Part shown: piece by piece, positions 63,001-64,000 of the stretch
Layout: every line of letters begins with the position of its first letter
Position numbering within the stretch: position 1 is the stretch's first letter
Source of the DNA: Akkermansiaceae bacterium
Lineage (GTDB): Bacteria > Verrucomicrobiota > Verrucomicrobiia > Verrucomicrobiales > Akkermansiaceae
Assembly: GCA_025354565.1 (NCBI GenBank)
Contig: JANXMQ010000247.1
Span: 5,880 to 69,879, forward strand
Direction of reading: 5' to 3'
Length of the DNA: 64,000 nucleotides
The notes under the pieces: model-generated
Told to the model about the DNA's origin: nothing
Seen by the model: the letters and a program-made list of their open reading frames with translations, nothing else
Databases searched by the model: none
Program-made: the position numbers and the translations under genes

Positions 63001-64000
63001 TCACACTCCCACCTCCTCCACTTCCTCCTCTAGTTCTGTCAGAATTCCCCGCAGATCTTCCATGATGGATTCCATTTCCTCCATGGCGCTGGCGGCGAGG
63101 ATGGCGGGTTCCGGGAGGTCGGCGCTGGATTCGGCGCTGTCGTCCTTGAGCCAGGAGATGTCGAGGGAGTCGTCGCGTCCGGCGATCCACTCGCGGGTGA
63201 ACTTGCGGAAGCGGCCGGATTCGCCGGTGTCCTTGCGTTTTTTGAGGGCGGCGGGGCCACCTAACGGATCGTTGCCGTAGGCTTTCTCGAAATCGGAAAA
63301 ATGCTCGCGGGTGAGCGGGGTGCGTTTGCCGAATTGCGGCATGTTGGCGCGGAGGTCATAGACCCAGACTTCCTTGGTGTTGCCCTTCTCGGTCTTGCCA
63401 CGGGTGAAGAAGAGGACGTTGGTTTTCACGCCTTGGGCGTAGAAGATGCCGGTGGGCAGGCGGAGGATGGTGTGAAGGTTGCACTTGTTCATCAGGTCGC
63501 GGCGGATGTCCTTGCCAACGCCGGATTCGAACAGGACATTGTCCGGCAGCACGACAGCGGCGCGGCCACCGGGCAGGAGGTAGCGATAGATGTGCTGGAC
63601 GAAGCAGAATTGCTTGTTGCTGGTGGGATAGGTGAAGTCGGTGCGGGTGGGCAGTCCGCCGCCCTTCTTGGTGCCGAAGGGTGGATTGGTGAGGATGAGC
63701 GTGGCCTTGGGCAGGGCAGCGCCGTCTTCGGATAGAGTGTCGCCATAACGGACGCCGTTCTCGATGCCGTGGAGCATGAGGTTCATGAGCGCGAGGCGGT
63801 GGGTGTCCTGCACGTGTTCCATGCCGCAGAAGGTGCCGCTGCGGTATTTCTTCTGCTTGGCTTCGGTGAGGGAATCGAAGTCGTTGTGGGTCCGGAGGTA
63901 GTGGTTCGCCGCGATGTGGAAACCGCAAGTGCCGGCGGCGGGGTCCTGGATGATGTCGTCGAGCGTGGGCTTCATCACGTGGACCATGCTGTCGATGAGG
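63001..64000 (-). CDS. hsdM: Type I R-M methyltransferase HsdM (5' end beyond the right edge)
   Basis: Motif I is IQDPAAGTCGF and motif IV is LTNPPFG. The blocks FVQHIYRYLLPGGRAAVVLPDNVLF and ILRLPTGIFYAQGVKTNVLFF are also present. The frame stays open to position 64000 (...LIDSMVHVMKPTL). Confidence 0.9.
   Translation of the reverse strand, partial: LIDSMVHVMKPTLDDIIQDPAAGTCGFHIAANHYLRTHNDFDSLTEAKQKKYRSGTFCGMEHVQDTHRLALMNLMLHGIENGVRYGDTLSEDGAALPKATLILTNPPFGTKKGGGLPTRTDFTYPTSNKQFCFVQHIYRYLLPGGRAAVVLPDNVLFESGVGKDIRRDLMNKCNLHTILRLPTGIFYAQGVKTNVLFFTRGKTEKGNTKEVWVYDLRANMPQFGKRTPLTREHFSDFEKAYGNDPLGGPAALKKRKDTGESGRFRKFTREWIAGRDDSLDISWLKDDSAESSADLPEPAILAASAMEEMESIMEDLRGILTELEEEVEEVGV

Noticed and set aside
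1-64000. Search for tRNA, rRNA, tmRNA, RNase P and SRP RNA signatures
   Set aside because: No T-loop/acceptor patterns or conserved core motifs such as GAGGAAAGTCC were found. The only ggttcgaat match (near 8821) is inside the protease coding sequence.

Overview
High-GC (about 60%) bacterial chromosome segment. It is probably Verrucomicrobiota. This is an inference from giant autotransporter-associated beta-strand-repeat proteins, a PEP-CTERM protein, an ECF-sigma/Ser-Thr-kinase pair and an Opitutus-like CE15 esterase. All calls come from reading the ORF track and the DNA by eye. No searches were run, and percent identities are eyeball estimates.

Core content:
- Housekeeping genes: apbC/mrp, fabV, pdxJ, acpS, hemB, infC, sdhB.
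- A purine-catabolism cluster: allantoinase, ureidoglycine aminohydrolase and a single-chain xanthine dehydrogenase.
- A small hemicellulose-esterase cluster: CE15, an SGNH hydrolase and a split GH-like gene.
- An FHA / Ser-Thr kinase / ECF sigma module followed by a TonB-like gene.
- Four very large secreted proteins: a metzincin with a P-domain, an adhesin-like repeat protein split by an in-frame TAG, and two modular paralogs.

Both window edges carry type I restriction-modification loci on the minus strand with foreign cargo:
- Left edge (1-4274): hsdM, then a HigB-like toxin, an HTH antitoxin and a SecB-like chaperone, then hsdS. The hsdM appears to have lost its SAM-binding core.
- Right edge (57.9-64 kb, the most interesting region): hsdM, a terminator-like hairpin, then a tightly packed string of a NYN/Zn-ribbon protein, hsdS, a DUF262+HNH nuclease, a HipA-like kinase and an extended DUF3037 protein.
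- The right-edge locus also has a G9 tract that could fuse HsdS to the nuclease, and a duplicated hsdM/hsdS junction flanking the NYN cassette.

No rRNA, tRNA or CRISPR array was recognised.
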